Shown here piece by piece: positions 25,401 to 38,642 of a DNA stretch of 64,000 nt. The notes under the pieces were generated by a model. The model saw nothing but the letters and a program-made list of their open reading frames with translations, ran no database searches and was not told the origin of the DNA. Positions within the stretch are counted from its first letter, which is position 1, and each line of letters opens with the position of its first letter. The translations under genes were made by a program, and so were the position numbers. Source of the stretch: Sphyrna mokarran (Eukaryota); assembly GCA_024679065.1 (NCBI GenBank), contig JAGIQG010000020.1, positions 18,972,001-19,036,000 on the forward strand. Reading direction: 5' to 3'.

Positions 25401-25751
25401 GCACGCATTTCCTATATTCCCCACATACACACACACAGCACCCAGTATATCCACCTTCTGGAGGAACTCCTTCCCCACTCGCTCTCTCTGCACGGCAACT
25501 TTCTCTTTTACCCTCTCGCGGCTAGGTGTTCCCCCCCCCCCCACACACACAGTGCGATAAGGCCCTTATCTTCTTTATTTCTCAGGATCCTCCCCCCTTC
25601 TCCTCTTGCAACCTGGAAGTGTTTGGGGAAGTGCAGCACCTCTGGAGATCCATGGATTGTTCAGCCTGGGATGTGTTCTGTGCCTAACCGGGGAAAACAA
25701 CGACTGAGAAGGGCTGTTTGAATCACCCCCTCGGCGTGGAGAGATCGCAAG
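25400..25751 (+). other. tbx5: candidate non-coding exon 1b of tbx5
   Basis: GC-rich segment ending at AAG|GTACAT (25751/25752); start inferred. Confidence 0.45.
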
Positions 25752-28236
25752 GTACATTTACTAATTCCCTCCTTCGGGATTGACCTCTGGCGTTTTGCTT
25801 TCTCTGTTTAGTTTGCGTGCTGTGCAAATGGGCGCCTGTGTCGAAACCAGGGATCGTTATTTGTCTCAGCGTTCATCAGCGAATAACGGGGCCTACGTGG
25901 AAAAATTAAACAAAAAAAGGAAGCATTTCGCGTCATTGCCAATGACAGTCGGCCAGTCTTTTTTGGAATGTAAAAAGATGGTCATTTATTTGATTGAGAA
26001 AGTACAGCGTGTAAAAAACGAATGTAAGCAGACCGCTTAATGATGGACACTGACCAGTGGGCAATGTGTATTTACACACACACACAGTGTCGCGCGGCCT
26101 ATCTTGCAGATAGATATCGTTTCACTCTAGGTGTCCCCGATTTTGCACCCAACTTCAATATTAATAATGCAAGTCAAAGTTTTGAGAATTTAGCACTCAA
26201 TTCGTCCATTCCGAGCAACAGTCGGTGTTGAGAATTTCTGATTTCGATCATTTTTGCATGCCCAATTAATATCGTCAGAAATACTTTACTATCGCCTTTC
26301 ATTCAGCCGAGAAACCTCGCAAAACATTCATTTGCTGGATTCGGTTACTGCTTCTTATAGGGGCCCCCGAATCAAAGCATGGAATAGCCACATGATGCTG
26401 AACAACTCACAATATCTTCCGAAACAAGGGCCAATGTTTTTTTTCTTGACCCAATTGTAGTACTAGTAAAACAACCTTGTGTCACCCCCCCTCCCAGGGC
26501 AACTTTATTTGCTCATTTCACCTTTTTTTTAATAAGAACTTTTCAATTTACACAGCCTAAATAATTTTTAAAAACACTCAAAGAGAACAACTATTTAAAA
26601 AAAATACATAACGCCACTAAATATTCATTGCATACTGTTTGAAACATGTGGTGCATTCATAGCATCTTACCCTCAGTATAATTCGGTTTTTGCAAGTTAA
26701 TGTTGTAGGTTACAGATCCGCATGCTGTGTTTTGTGATTGGTGTGAATTATTTATAACGGTATCCCAATGCTTAAAACGCATGGCTAATTAAGTGCACAG
26801 TTTAAAGACTCATGAGAATGCTTTCTCGCATTTAAAGCCCAACACCAATGTAGAATTCAAAAATTACGAGTAATTCATAAATTAACATCCAAGCAATATT
26901 AAGAATCCTGGTAACTAAAAGATTCTACATTAATGTGTTTATGTCGATGGGTCTGTATCAAATTGATCATGTCAGGAGCCGAGGAAATGTACATTTAATC
27001 TACATAAATAGCATTGGTTGTCTCATAACCAGGGCAAATCTGGCCCATATAGTTTCACATTATAATCCTCCTCTGATCCTTCCCACGTTAGCAACACGGG
27101 GCCTAGTTTAAGTAGAGTTGAGCTAGAAGCATTCAGTATGTTTAATTTATTTCACTTTCAACAAACGCTAAAACGATTAAGCGAGATCACGCGAAATTAT
27201 GTTGCATGCAGGGTTTTTTTTAAATCATACTTTTATACTTTACGACAGTGAATATTTTTAACCATTTGAAATGAGGGCGCAGGAAATTTTGACTGGCTGT
27301 CTGTTTGTCTCTCAAATGAAAGTAGCTATCAATCCTTGACTAATGCAACAATTGACTCATAATTATACACCATAGCAGTGGCAAAATAGCGCGATAGAAT
27401 GATTCCTTGAATGTATCAGTACAATCATAATTTACTTCTGTTGGTAGGATGGGGGGACGTCTTAAGGAGAAGAACGATTTTAATTTTAGATTTTAAAAGG
27501 GTTTCACTTGGGGAAAAAAAGGTCGTCTCGAATATTTTGCTTTTCAAGGGGTCACACAGACACACACACACTTTTGCAAACTACACACAATCACGTGCTT
27601 GGTGGGTTTCCTAATTCGGAGTATATCGTAAGTGAATGCCCCAGTGTCAGGGAGGGGGGAAACAATAGTCTTTGTAACAGCACCGCTAGAAACTCCGGCT
27701 AATGGCGAAGGCTACCGACACTTAAACAGGGGCAATAAAAAAGAAACAGTGGAAGAAGTCGGTGTACCACACAAAACACGGGTCTGTAAAGTCGAGGAAA
27801 TGTAATTGCTGCTTATACTCCAATCAAACGGTTGCTCAAAAGCTGCCTGGAATCTTATCTTTATTACTCTTTCCAGAAGTCCAGACGAATTTCGTGAATA
27901 CCTCATTTATCTTTTGGAGTCAGCTTAAGATTGACATTATCTCCCCCCCCCTTTCAATTTTCCATAACTTAATATAAAAGGCCTGCATTCTGTAATACCT
28001 AGGTTAGTACCCCTGGTTAGAAAATTGTTCTTGTTACGGGCGTTTCATCCCCCTCCCTCCCTTTTTTTTTGCTTTTGGCGCCTTCTAAGCTTTTTGATTC
28101 TTTTTCTCGTGTGTATTTGGCAGGAGGAGTTCTGCTGTGTGATGCTCACTGTACGTTCATAACATTTACCTGGCAGCGCTTAGGGTTTTATTTATTATTA
28201 TTTGGTGCCTCTTTTGCAAGGATTGTGTGGCGAAAT

Positions 28237-28386
28237 ATGGCGGAGACGGAGGAAAGCTTCGGGCTGTCAGCAACAGCGCACAGCGAGCCCGAGCCCAAGG
28301 AGCATTCATCTGAAAGTAAACAGGACTGCCAGCTCGGGGTCGCCAGCAAACCTCCCTCCCCACAACAAGCTACATATACTCAACAG
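28237..28386 (+). CDS. tbx5: tbx5 first coding exon (exon 2 in mammalian numbering); exon probably starts at 28221
   Basis: aatATGg start; encodes MAETEESFGLSATAHSEPEPKEHSSESKQDCQLGVASKPPSPQQATYTQQ; donor CAG|GTTGGT; upstream acceptor cctcttttgcaag|. Confidence 0.93.
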
Positions 28387-28709
28387 GTTGGTGTTCGACA
28401 CCCCAACACTGACAAAACCATGTGCAGCATACCATACATAGCAAGTGCATGTTATTGCTGAACACGAGTCGCAACTAGGTGTTGCATGTATATGTCGAGA
28501 AATGTATTTCTGACACCTTTGGTGTACGCGCAGGTTTGATCTGTTAACCTTATTACAGATTTTTGGATTATAACTTACAATGCATTCGATCAGCATACTT
28601 AAATGCGGTTAGATATATTTGCATTAGCCCATTGGATTGCATTTATTTTTGCTGCACTGTGTAACTTTGACAATAGTCACGCATTAATTACCACCCCCAC
28701 TTGTTGTAG

Positions 28710-28805
<96 letters not shown>

Positions 28806-30030
28806 TAAGGGCCTGTCCTCCGATTGAAATACAATAACCGCGAGTGTTTACAATGACTGGAGTCTTCCTCACACCACGGTGATTCCAAAATGAAATCATT
28901 TCGACTACTTAAATTTCGGCTGGGTAGAACTCCTTTCGGACTATTCAAAACCCGTTTGGGATCCCAGAGGGAAATCTTTAAGTGTTTCTAAAGAGGGGGG
29001 GGGGGACATAATAGATAATAGCGGCAATGCACAACATTGGTTAGGCTGAGGTTAATCAATTTTTAATATGAAATATTTAAAGTGACTGGGGAGAGCAGAA
29101 CCTGCCAACCATGAGGTTACAGCCAAGTCTTTTATGAGTTGTAAATAAAAGGGTTCAATAATGGCTTCGGAAAGGCACATTTTGACTCTCAGTCTATGAA
29201 AACTACGGCACAGTTATCAAAAAAAACCTTCCTGCGCTTACAAAATTACAGGAATATGTGTTTAAGGAACAGAACTCGACACAATAAAATGCATTATTTA
29301 TATGAAATCGTCCTGTTCTGTGTCATGTCATTCCCCAGTTTATTCCGAGTTTGGCGAACTTATCCACAGTCATATTGCAAATAAGTCACAAAGTTGCAAG
29401 TTGAGGGAACTGCAGGACATTCGAACAGGCGGCGCTGGGAGATTCTCCACAAGACTGATCCCTACCCGGTTGTTCTAAAATGCATTGTTTTTTTGCAAGT
29501 ACACAACATACTCCCTCGAGGCCTTTCATTTTCATCCCACTTACGGTGAACAAGTGATAAATATTTATAAAGATCTACATATATTCCAGCTGTTTAGGGA
29601 TGATTCGGCAAGACAAGAAATCCAGCTATTCCATTTCTTAAAAAAAAGGATATTTAGTTCACTTCCAATGCGACTTTTAACCAACTAAAATCGCGGCCAG
29701 TTTTGTTTTCTAAGAGTATTTTGTAAACACGTCGAACATTTGTAATTAGCAGTCATTCCTTGACGCAGTAAGGCGAAGCATTAGACTTTGTCTGCACGTT
29801 GCAAATTAGGCCGCGATCGAAGCCATGTGTGTGTGTGTGTGCCACTTGTACATTAACGCCGCCTGTTTAAACACGGCTCTCACAGTCCGTGTTTACTCTG
29901 TACATGAATTACACACCGTGTTGTGTCTTCTTCAGAGTGAACAATTGCCTTTTTCACAAGTTGGCTTCTTAAGTGCATTCAAAATAAAAAAAAGACAGCA
30001 AATACTGAGCACAGCGAGGCAGCTTTGGTC

Positions 30031-30820
<790 letters not shown>

Positions 30821-31096
30821 GAGATCAGGAGTTTTGTAGTACGCCAAGTTTCTCACTCAGTTAAATATAGCAGTTCCTCTTAAGTATCTGGAACTCTCCT
30901 CTCATTAAACGTCTTTTGTATAATATGGTTCCAAAATATATAACGTAGAGAGTGGCATCTGTTTTTTTTAAATGGTAATCATATTTACATGGTATATTTT
31001 CCGGGCCAGATTCAAATCCGTTTCCAAACTGATGGCAAATTGTTGGAATTGAAGTTTCGAGTGATCACACCGTTTCCCGTGTTTTATTTCCGCAAG

Positions 31097-31244
31097 GTCT
31101 GTGACTGGGAAAGCAGAGCCTGCAATGCCAGGCAGATTGTATGTTCATCCAGATTCACCTGCCACCGGGGCCCACTGGATGAGACAGCTAGTCTCCTTCC
31201 AAAAGCTCAAACTCACCAATAACCATCTCGATCCCTTCGGGCAC
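31097..31244 (+). CDS. tbx5: tbx5 exon 5, T-box
   Basis: tttccgcaag| [49 protein letters not shown] |GTAAGT; 148 nt. Confidence 0.98.
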
Positions 31245-31350
31245 GTAAGTGCGTACTTACCTGTATTTTAAATTCTCTTTATATCCATTAACGGCCGAAC
31301 AGGTCCTTTTTTTTGTCTTCTAACCGTACAATTTTTTCAATCGAGCGGAT

Positions 31351-31415
31351 CTTGGGGGCAAAAATAGTACTAAGCATTATCGAAACTTGGGGGAGAAAGT
31401 GCTAAGTATTATCGA
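31351..31415. repeat. two-copy ~33-bp tandem repeat
   Basis: cttgggggcaaaaatagtactaagcattatcgaaa / cttgggggagaaagtgctaagtattatcgaaa. Confidence 0.8.
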
Positions 31416-33153
31416 AAATTACTCGCCCTTAAAGTAAACGCATTTGGAGCGGTTGATGTTGAAAAGGGTATTGCGGCTTGCACTGATTCAATTAGCTGGC
31501 TAAATCCTACCAAGGGTTAATAAGAAAGTTCTGCGGTGATCATGTTGGTAGAACATTTAGTGTAAAGCGAATATTCATTCATTTATTCGAAATGGATGTT
31601 GACCAAGCTGCGATTTCAACTGCAGTGGAGGGTTGGCGAGTGTTTTTTTTTATTTAGCCACAACATCTTTGGAGACTTCAGCCTTTCCTCTCCACCTGAA
31701 GTTGACTGCACATTGCCTCACTGTGCTGCTGCTGGGTATTATGGGATGGGGAGGTCTGCAATGACATAAACAATAAGAGCATTATGGGAGAAGGCCTTTG
31801 CTGAGCCAGGCTTAGGAATCCTGTACAATGCACTGGATTTGTATCGCTGCATTGTGAAGGATCGGCCATTCTCTTGTATTTTGACTCCTGTTGGCCGAAT
31901 GAAATCTTCTGAGAGCACTTGCTGATTGTAAAATGTACCCCCTCTTCCTCCCCTCCCCATTCCTCACCCCACCATTTGACATACAAAAAAATACACACTT
32001 CGAAAGAGCGTATCCTAAAGTGGCCAACAGTGACAGCAGGTTCTGTGTAATCTATGGGCTTTACCTGGAGCTGAGAACTCAGGTTAGGAAAAGGGAAGCA
32101 GGGCGCGGATAGTTTCGAGGCGCCTTCGCCAGGGTTTCCCCTGGTTTGTTTACCAGAACAGGGAACTGTGCTTGGCAGACATCGAGCACTTCGTTGGGTA
32201 ACGGTAGCCTTGGAAACTGCCTTGCGATGGGTGGAAGGCCGCCTCCCCTATTGTGAAAAGACTGCGAATGCAAAGACCCCCCTAAACAAACGGATGGAGG
32301 GGCAACAATGAGAAATTCATTTAACAAATTGCTAGATGAAACCAGTACTGGTAGCCTCTCAATTAAGCGGGATGTAATGAAATTAAAAATCATTAGATCG
32401 TTCGCCACTGATGTCTAGGGCTTACGGGGCTGTCAAAGCAATTTGACTAAGTCTGAGAGACGAGGAAGGCTCCGAGTAGAGATGACTTGCAGGGTCTGCG
32501 ATGGCGGGACAGGCAGCGTCTTTCTGTCGCCAGATTTCCTCCCCCATCTCCTCCGACAACCACCCCCCCCCGCCCAACCCCCTCCACCAACAATCTTTAC
32601 GATCTTAGAATAATTGAAGAAAGAAGTCTTTAGAAAGCCACTTTGATACCACACAGATTTGCAACTAAAATTCTGACCACCCTCTCACCCACATCCTCCC
32701 CCCTACCACCTCCAAAATATCCCAAAGAGGTGAACATTCTTACTGGGGGCAGGTTAAGATGCTACCAAGCATTAAACAAAAGCGGCGCCACACTCTGTGC
32801 AAATCCGCACCCATCCCCAAATATCTGTACATGTTGGCTGCAACCTGTTACAATTCAAATTAGGAATATCATAGAAATTGAAGGGGGAGTAAAAGATGGA
32901 GGGATGTTTAAACATAGTTTTTTTTTATTTTAAAATATAGCCAGTGGGCTCACAGTAAAACTCTTCCGTACCAGTTACTCTCCCCTTCTCCCCATTGCGA
33001 AAAAAAACACAAGTTTCCCTTAGAGTAGACTCCCTATCATAAAGTTGCCAAAAAATGCTAAAGGAAATGTGAAACAGTTTTGGTACAGGGGAAAGGATAC
33101 TAAAATGGTTGCATTTGAGTGTTCTCTTTTCTTCTTCTTCTTCACCCTTGTAG

Positions 33154-33387
<234 letters not shown>

Positions 33388-36300
33388 TGAACGCACTGCT
33401 CGAGAATGAATGCAACATCCAGCATCATGTGCTTACTAACAACCTGGCCACGGGGGACTTGGGCTACACTCCCGCCAGATTGCATGTTACACGCAGGTTT
33501 CCCTTCCTTCTGGGTCGCATTGTAAACCGGCGTGCCTATAGTTTTAGAACCGTTCTTCAGTTGTTAATTTGATACACGACCATATGCCTATTCGAAGGTT
33601 TAGAGATTCGCGTGTATAAGTTGTTGCATGGAGCAGTATTAAACAATGCGGTCCGCAAAACATCTGGAAACAATAACATGGATTAACACTGGGATAGAGA
33701 GTCTGGAAAAAGAAAAGTGCAGACTAATAAATAATTAACTCCTTCAGAAAGTTCTTTGCTCCTTTTGGATTTCAATGGAGCTGCTGTGTATAGTGATTAT
33801 TTTCGACTTTTATTTCGTGCATCGAACATTTGCGGTTCGACTTCAACATAGACATTTCCCGTCTGTAAGGTTTGTTAGAGTGGGGGGCGCTTTAAGGGGA
33901 GATTTTAATAACTCCCTACATATATGAACAGCCCAGTCTAATTTTTAATTTCCGCCTCTGTTAAAGAAACGTGGAATTAGTTGAGGGTTAAAGTTTCATC
34001 GATCAGGAATCACTTTTGGTGAGGTGTCACTTAACCATCTGTTGGTCCCCGGGCCGCTGAATTTGAGAGCTCCGCTCAATGGCAGTTACGTGCCGTTTTA
34101 ACACTTGCAGACTCGGAAATGCGGCAAACATTTACTCCCGGCAGTCGGAATCTGTTTTAACTTTACAGAGAAACTAGCCAGGACTTTTAACACGTTGTCC
34201 ATGAAAGGTGAAAGGGAACTAGCGTGTATCATTTTTGTAAAAATACGTGCACAGACTGCATAACTCCGAACCCACGACTCTCAAACCCAAGATTCTGTAG
34301 CATTTGGGCTATTTCGACGGAAAAAAAGATTGATTTTCTGTGATGGAAAGTATTGCAAGAAGCCCATGCGTTTTACATTGAATTGTGTTTTTTTTATAAT
34401 ACCTAACTTTATAAAAGTGATCTTTTGGAGGTGGAAGATTGTCCTGCCTTGCCGACAGAGATTTAATTACAGGTTCACTTTTCCAGATCTTGTTTCTTAA
34501 AAGTGTACACAATCCCAATTATCTGGGAATGATATGTGAATTCCAGCGGGCTGGAAAATGTTAGTATCGTTATTGAGGGGAATGAACTCATGTAGGTTTC
34601 ATTAAAAGAAGGCATTTAAGTAAGGTAGCCGTATCCCAAATCATTTTGAACCCTCTCGTACCCATTGCCCGAATGCTCAGTTTCCCCGCGAAGTGCGTCA
34701 AATTGAAGCCACCTAAACTTGGATCTTACTGCGACAGTCTCCTCCCAAATATTTAGCAAACAGTGGGGCAATTCCATCTCATACACACACAATAGAATTG
34801 TGTGGAAAAGATCCCATCATTTTAAAGCTTTGTGCTTATCACATTTTTTTGACCGTCTAAATTAACGAGGAGAAAGGAAAGATGCATAAAGTCAAGTTTA
34901 GGTCTCACCGGCGTTTCTTTTTGATATGCGATCCGTATTTAAATTTAAAATGGTCAGTCAGATCGGCGGATCTGGTTTTGCTAAGCATTTAAAAAAATGG
35001 CTAACATATACTACAAAAATGGCAAGAGGACACGCTTTATACCTGATATCATGATTTTACATAGACTATTTTCTAAATTATTTACAGATTATAAATATTC
35101 TTTGCAATATTGTCTTACTAGATACATAACGTGGCTTTTTCCAAGGTGCGATTTTTCGAAATCAAAAATAGTATGTGTTTGCCTTGGGAATTGGAATCCA
35201 AACGGAGTATTCGCCTTTACCCAATAAGATTGAAATGTAAAGTAATTTATCAAATGAATTTTTTTTTGTGGGGGGAGGGAGGGGTGTTGATGGAATTTCT
35301 TTGTTTCTACACGAAATTCTTCCGGTTGATCCCGGGAAGCTTCCTCCCCTGACCGGTGTATCACCTGATATGAACGGACGGAATGATTTCACAACTGCCC
35401 CCAACACTTTAAGCTTAAGCAGAAAACCCTGAGATTTATAGAGACAAAGTGAGGGTTATTGTCGGCGAAGGCGGGACTGCCCCGCGGCTACTCGGTTAAC
35501 TTGACCCACATGGAAAACATTAGCGAGCGTTCGATGTGTTGGAAACGAATTTTCCGACGATTGCCTTTCCAGAAAGCACCACATAACTTGCAAGTGGCGT
35601 AAAGCATTAAAGGAGGGAAGTTAAATGTCTGAACTAAACACGCGTTTCGTTATAGGCAAGGGGAGTCCAGCCCATATATTGCACGCGTTTTAGTTGCCTG
35701 AATCACTTGCCTACGGGTTTGTCAAATTAAATGTGGGCTATAGCGAGATGTGGTCCTTGGGGTCTTATTAACTATAACACGGATATGATCATTTGAAAGA
35801 CTGATAAACGCGGGGTCCGATATGCCTTAATGTTTACTTGGGAATGTCTCATTCGTTTGGCTGCTGACCCGGATTATATATTGAGGATACCTTTCCCCTG
35901 ACTTGTACGTGGAGTTGGTCCAGCCACTTGGCAGAACTTATACTGTCAACTCAACCAACCTCTAACCAATTCAGCCAATTTGGACACGTCTGCTTGGAGG
36001 GCATGTGAAGACAAGTAGTTTTCATATGTGGATGTACATCCTCAGGAAGTCTCTTGGACTGGTTGGGCACTTTGTAGAACGCTTCTTTGAACGAGGCTAA
36101 CAATTATATTGCGCCAAAGTCGAACTTCAGTGCTTTGAGGCTTGCCATTGGAAGTAAAGTTTCGATGTGTGCAGGAGATTCCCGATGACTATCTCATCAC
36201 AGCAAACACCAAGCCACATCCTGTACACGCAAACCTAATGATAAGGTTTGTGTCCCATCCGTGGTAACCATCCTCCTCCCCCTTCCCGCCAACGGACTCT

Positions 36301-36594
36301 CAATTCCTGCTCCCCACAATTTTACTACCGGCTTCACTGGGGGGTCTGTAAAAGTTCTGTCTGCAATCCCACTCCACACTGGCGTTTGCTTTAATATTAG
36401 GAGTGGGAGGGGGCAGGCACTTTTTTTTATCAGAGTGTCCAAAACGAGTAGAAATTAGGCAGTTTTAAACCTCATTCCTCAAGTTGCACCACGGTTAGAT
36501 TTCATAAGAGGAGTTGGAGTCTTTTTTAAGCGGGCCAGTGTTTTATTTCTAATGCAACATCTAATATTTAACGCAATTCTAATTTCTAATGTAG

Positions 36595-36687
<93 letters not shown>

Positions 36688-37491
36688 TAAGTCACACGAA
36701 CATAAACCACACACGGTACACAGTCCAGAACAGGGACTAGGAAGATTGGCCAGGGGTGAGATATAATTGAACTTAGTTCAATTTAGCTGTTTCACTTATA
36801 ATCAAATCTCCTCGCTATTAGTAACTTGCTCCACATGCATTTTCCATTTAGCGCTGTAGGGATTGTTATGTGTACACAAACATCCACTGACTCGGTTAGA
36901 ACATTCATTGGCCCGTTACCTCGCGTAAATATATCGAGATGGCTGACCGCGTTCTAAAGAATAAAAAAAGGTTTCCATTCATCTAGCGGCTTACAATGTT
37001 GAAACAATCAATAAAGCCACTCTTGTATTGTGGCTATATTGTCTCAGCCTTTAAACCTCGGACCAATTTTAATTCGTAGGTAACAAACAATTAAGACTCG
37101 ATTTTGGAAAACGGAATGCTCTTTCGACTTAAATCAATCTTCCTTCGTTCACGTGTGGGTTATGAGACTGACCGGTATGCGGAATTGTCATTGTAGACAT
37201 ACCACATGCGGTCAATCTTGGTTTTTAGTCTGCGTGATGTCGCCCAGACTTTTGAGACAATGTCCCGATCCAAAAGTGTCCAAAACCTTGAATGTAAGTG
37301 CATGCCCAAATATATTTCAGAAGCAAGCACCGGACCCAGGTGTAATTGGTTGCGTTGGTAGAAAGCAACAAGAACGAGTATATTTACTTGCAACAATAAG
37401 AAACATGGGATTCAAAAGGATGATAATCGACCTATCATGCGGCTATTAGTTACTTGAAAAAGCAATCCAATTAGTTCCACTTCCCCACACT

Positions 37492-37610
37492 TCATAGAAT
37501 TCCTACAGTGCAGAAGGAGGCCGTTCTGCCCATCGAGTCTGTACCAACTACAGTTCCACTCTGGCCTATCCGCACAATCTCATGCATTTACCCTAGCTTG
37601 TCCCTACTTA
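37492..37610 (-). mobile_element. V-SINE/CR1-type 3' tail
   Basis: catagaattcctacagtgcagaaggaggccgttctgcccatcgagtc. Confidence 0.8.
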
Positions 37611-37845
37611 GCCCATAGCCCCTGAAACTTGATGGGGAGAGATGGCAAGAATGGGCAGAATCACTTTGACGTTTTTCTTAAATAGTTCAATTGTGATTTT
37701 CAGAGGATGGAAAAGTCCGTATACAACTTCAATCATTAAGTTGCTCGAACTATACAACAAAGCGCTGCGGATTGAAATACCAAATGGCGTCTTTATTTTT
37801 CCTCTTTGAATTTCAAGGTGTTTGTATTTTGTAATATGGTTACAG

Positions 37846-38063
37846 TAAAGAATACCCTGTGGTCCCCAGGAGCACGGTCAGGCAACGTGTGGGGTCGACG
37901 GCTAATCAGTTCAGTGGAGAGGTGCGAGTGTTGCCAGTGTCCAACAGCCTGTGCTCCCAGTACGAGAATGGGGTTTCCAGCTCGACTCAGGAGTTACTGC
38001 CACCCAACCCATATTCACTGTGTCCGGAACAGAGCTCGCTCTACCACTGCACCAAGAGGAAAG
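37846..38063 (+). CDS. tbx5: tbx5 exon 8
   Basis: ttacag| [27 protein letters not shown]...[13 protein letters not shown] |GTAAGA; 218 nt; phases match both neighbouring exons. Confidence 0.96.
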
Positions 38064-38077
38064 GTAAGACAGATTTG

Positions 38078-38405
38078 GGAAGGCGATGGTGGTGTTATCA
38101 CTAGACTATTAATCCAGAAACTCAGCTAATGTTCTGGGGGCCTGATTTCAAATTCTAAAGTGGTGGAATCTGAATTCAACTTTAAAAAATCTGCAATTAA
38201 GAACCTACTGATGATCATGAAAACATTGTCGATTGTTGGAAAACCCATCTGGTTCATTAATGTCCTTTAGGGAAGAAAATCTGCCATCCTTACCTGGCCT
38301 GTCCTACATGTGATTTCAGAGCCACAACAATGTGGTTGACTCTCAACTGGCAGCTAGGGATGGGCAATACATGTGGAGTAGCCAGTGATGCCCATGTCCT
38401 ACATA
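38078..38405 (+). mobile_element. tRNA-type shark SINE (family B)
   Basis: Strongly similar to 60915-61268. Confidence 0.88.
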
Positions 38406-38427
38406 AGTCTTTGCTTCAAGTGGCTAG

Positions 38428-38642
38428 CCATGATGTGGAGATGCTGGCATTGGACTCGGTGGGCACAGTACAAATCTCACAACACCAGGTTAAACTCAAT
38501 AGGTTTAATTGGAATAACCAGCTTTTGGAATGCTGCTCCTTTATCAGGTAGGTGATTGTCTCTCACCTAATGAAGGAGCAATGCTCCGAAAATGCATGAT
38601 TCCAGATAAAAGTTGGACTTTAATCTGGTGTTGTGAGACTTC
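38428..38642. mobile_element. palindromic Penelope-like element
   Basis: Inverted arms at ~38472-38549 and 38565-38641 (tctcacaacaccag...tcaggt / acctaatga...ctggtgttgtgaga). Confidence 0.65.

Noticed and set aside
28069-28236. N-terminal extension of TBX5 suggested by the ORF track
   Set aside because: It starts at a TTG codon and runs through a polypyrimidine tract and acceptor; TBX5 homology starts at ATG 28237.
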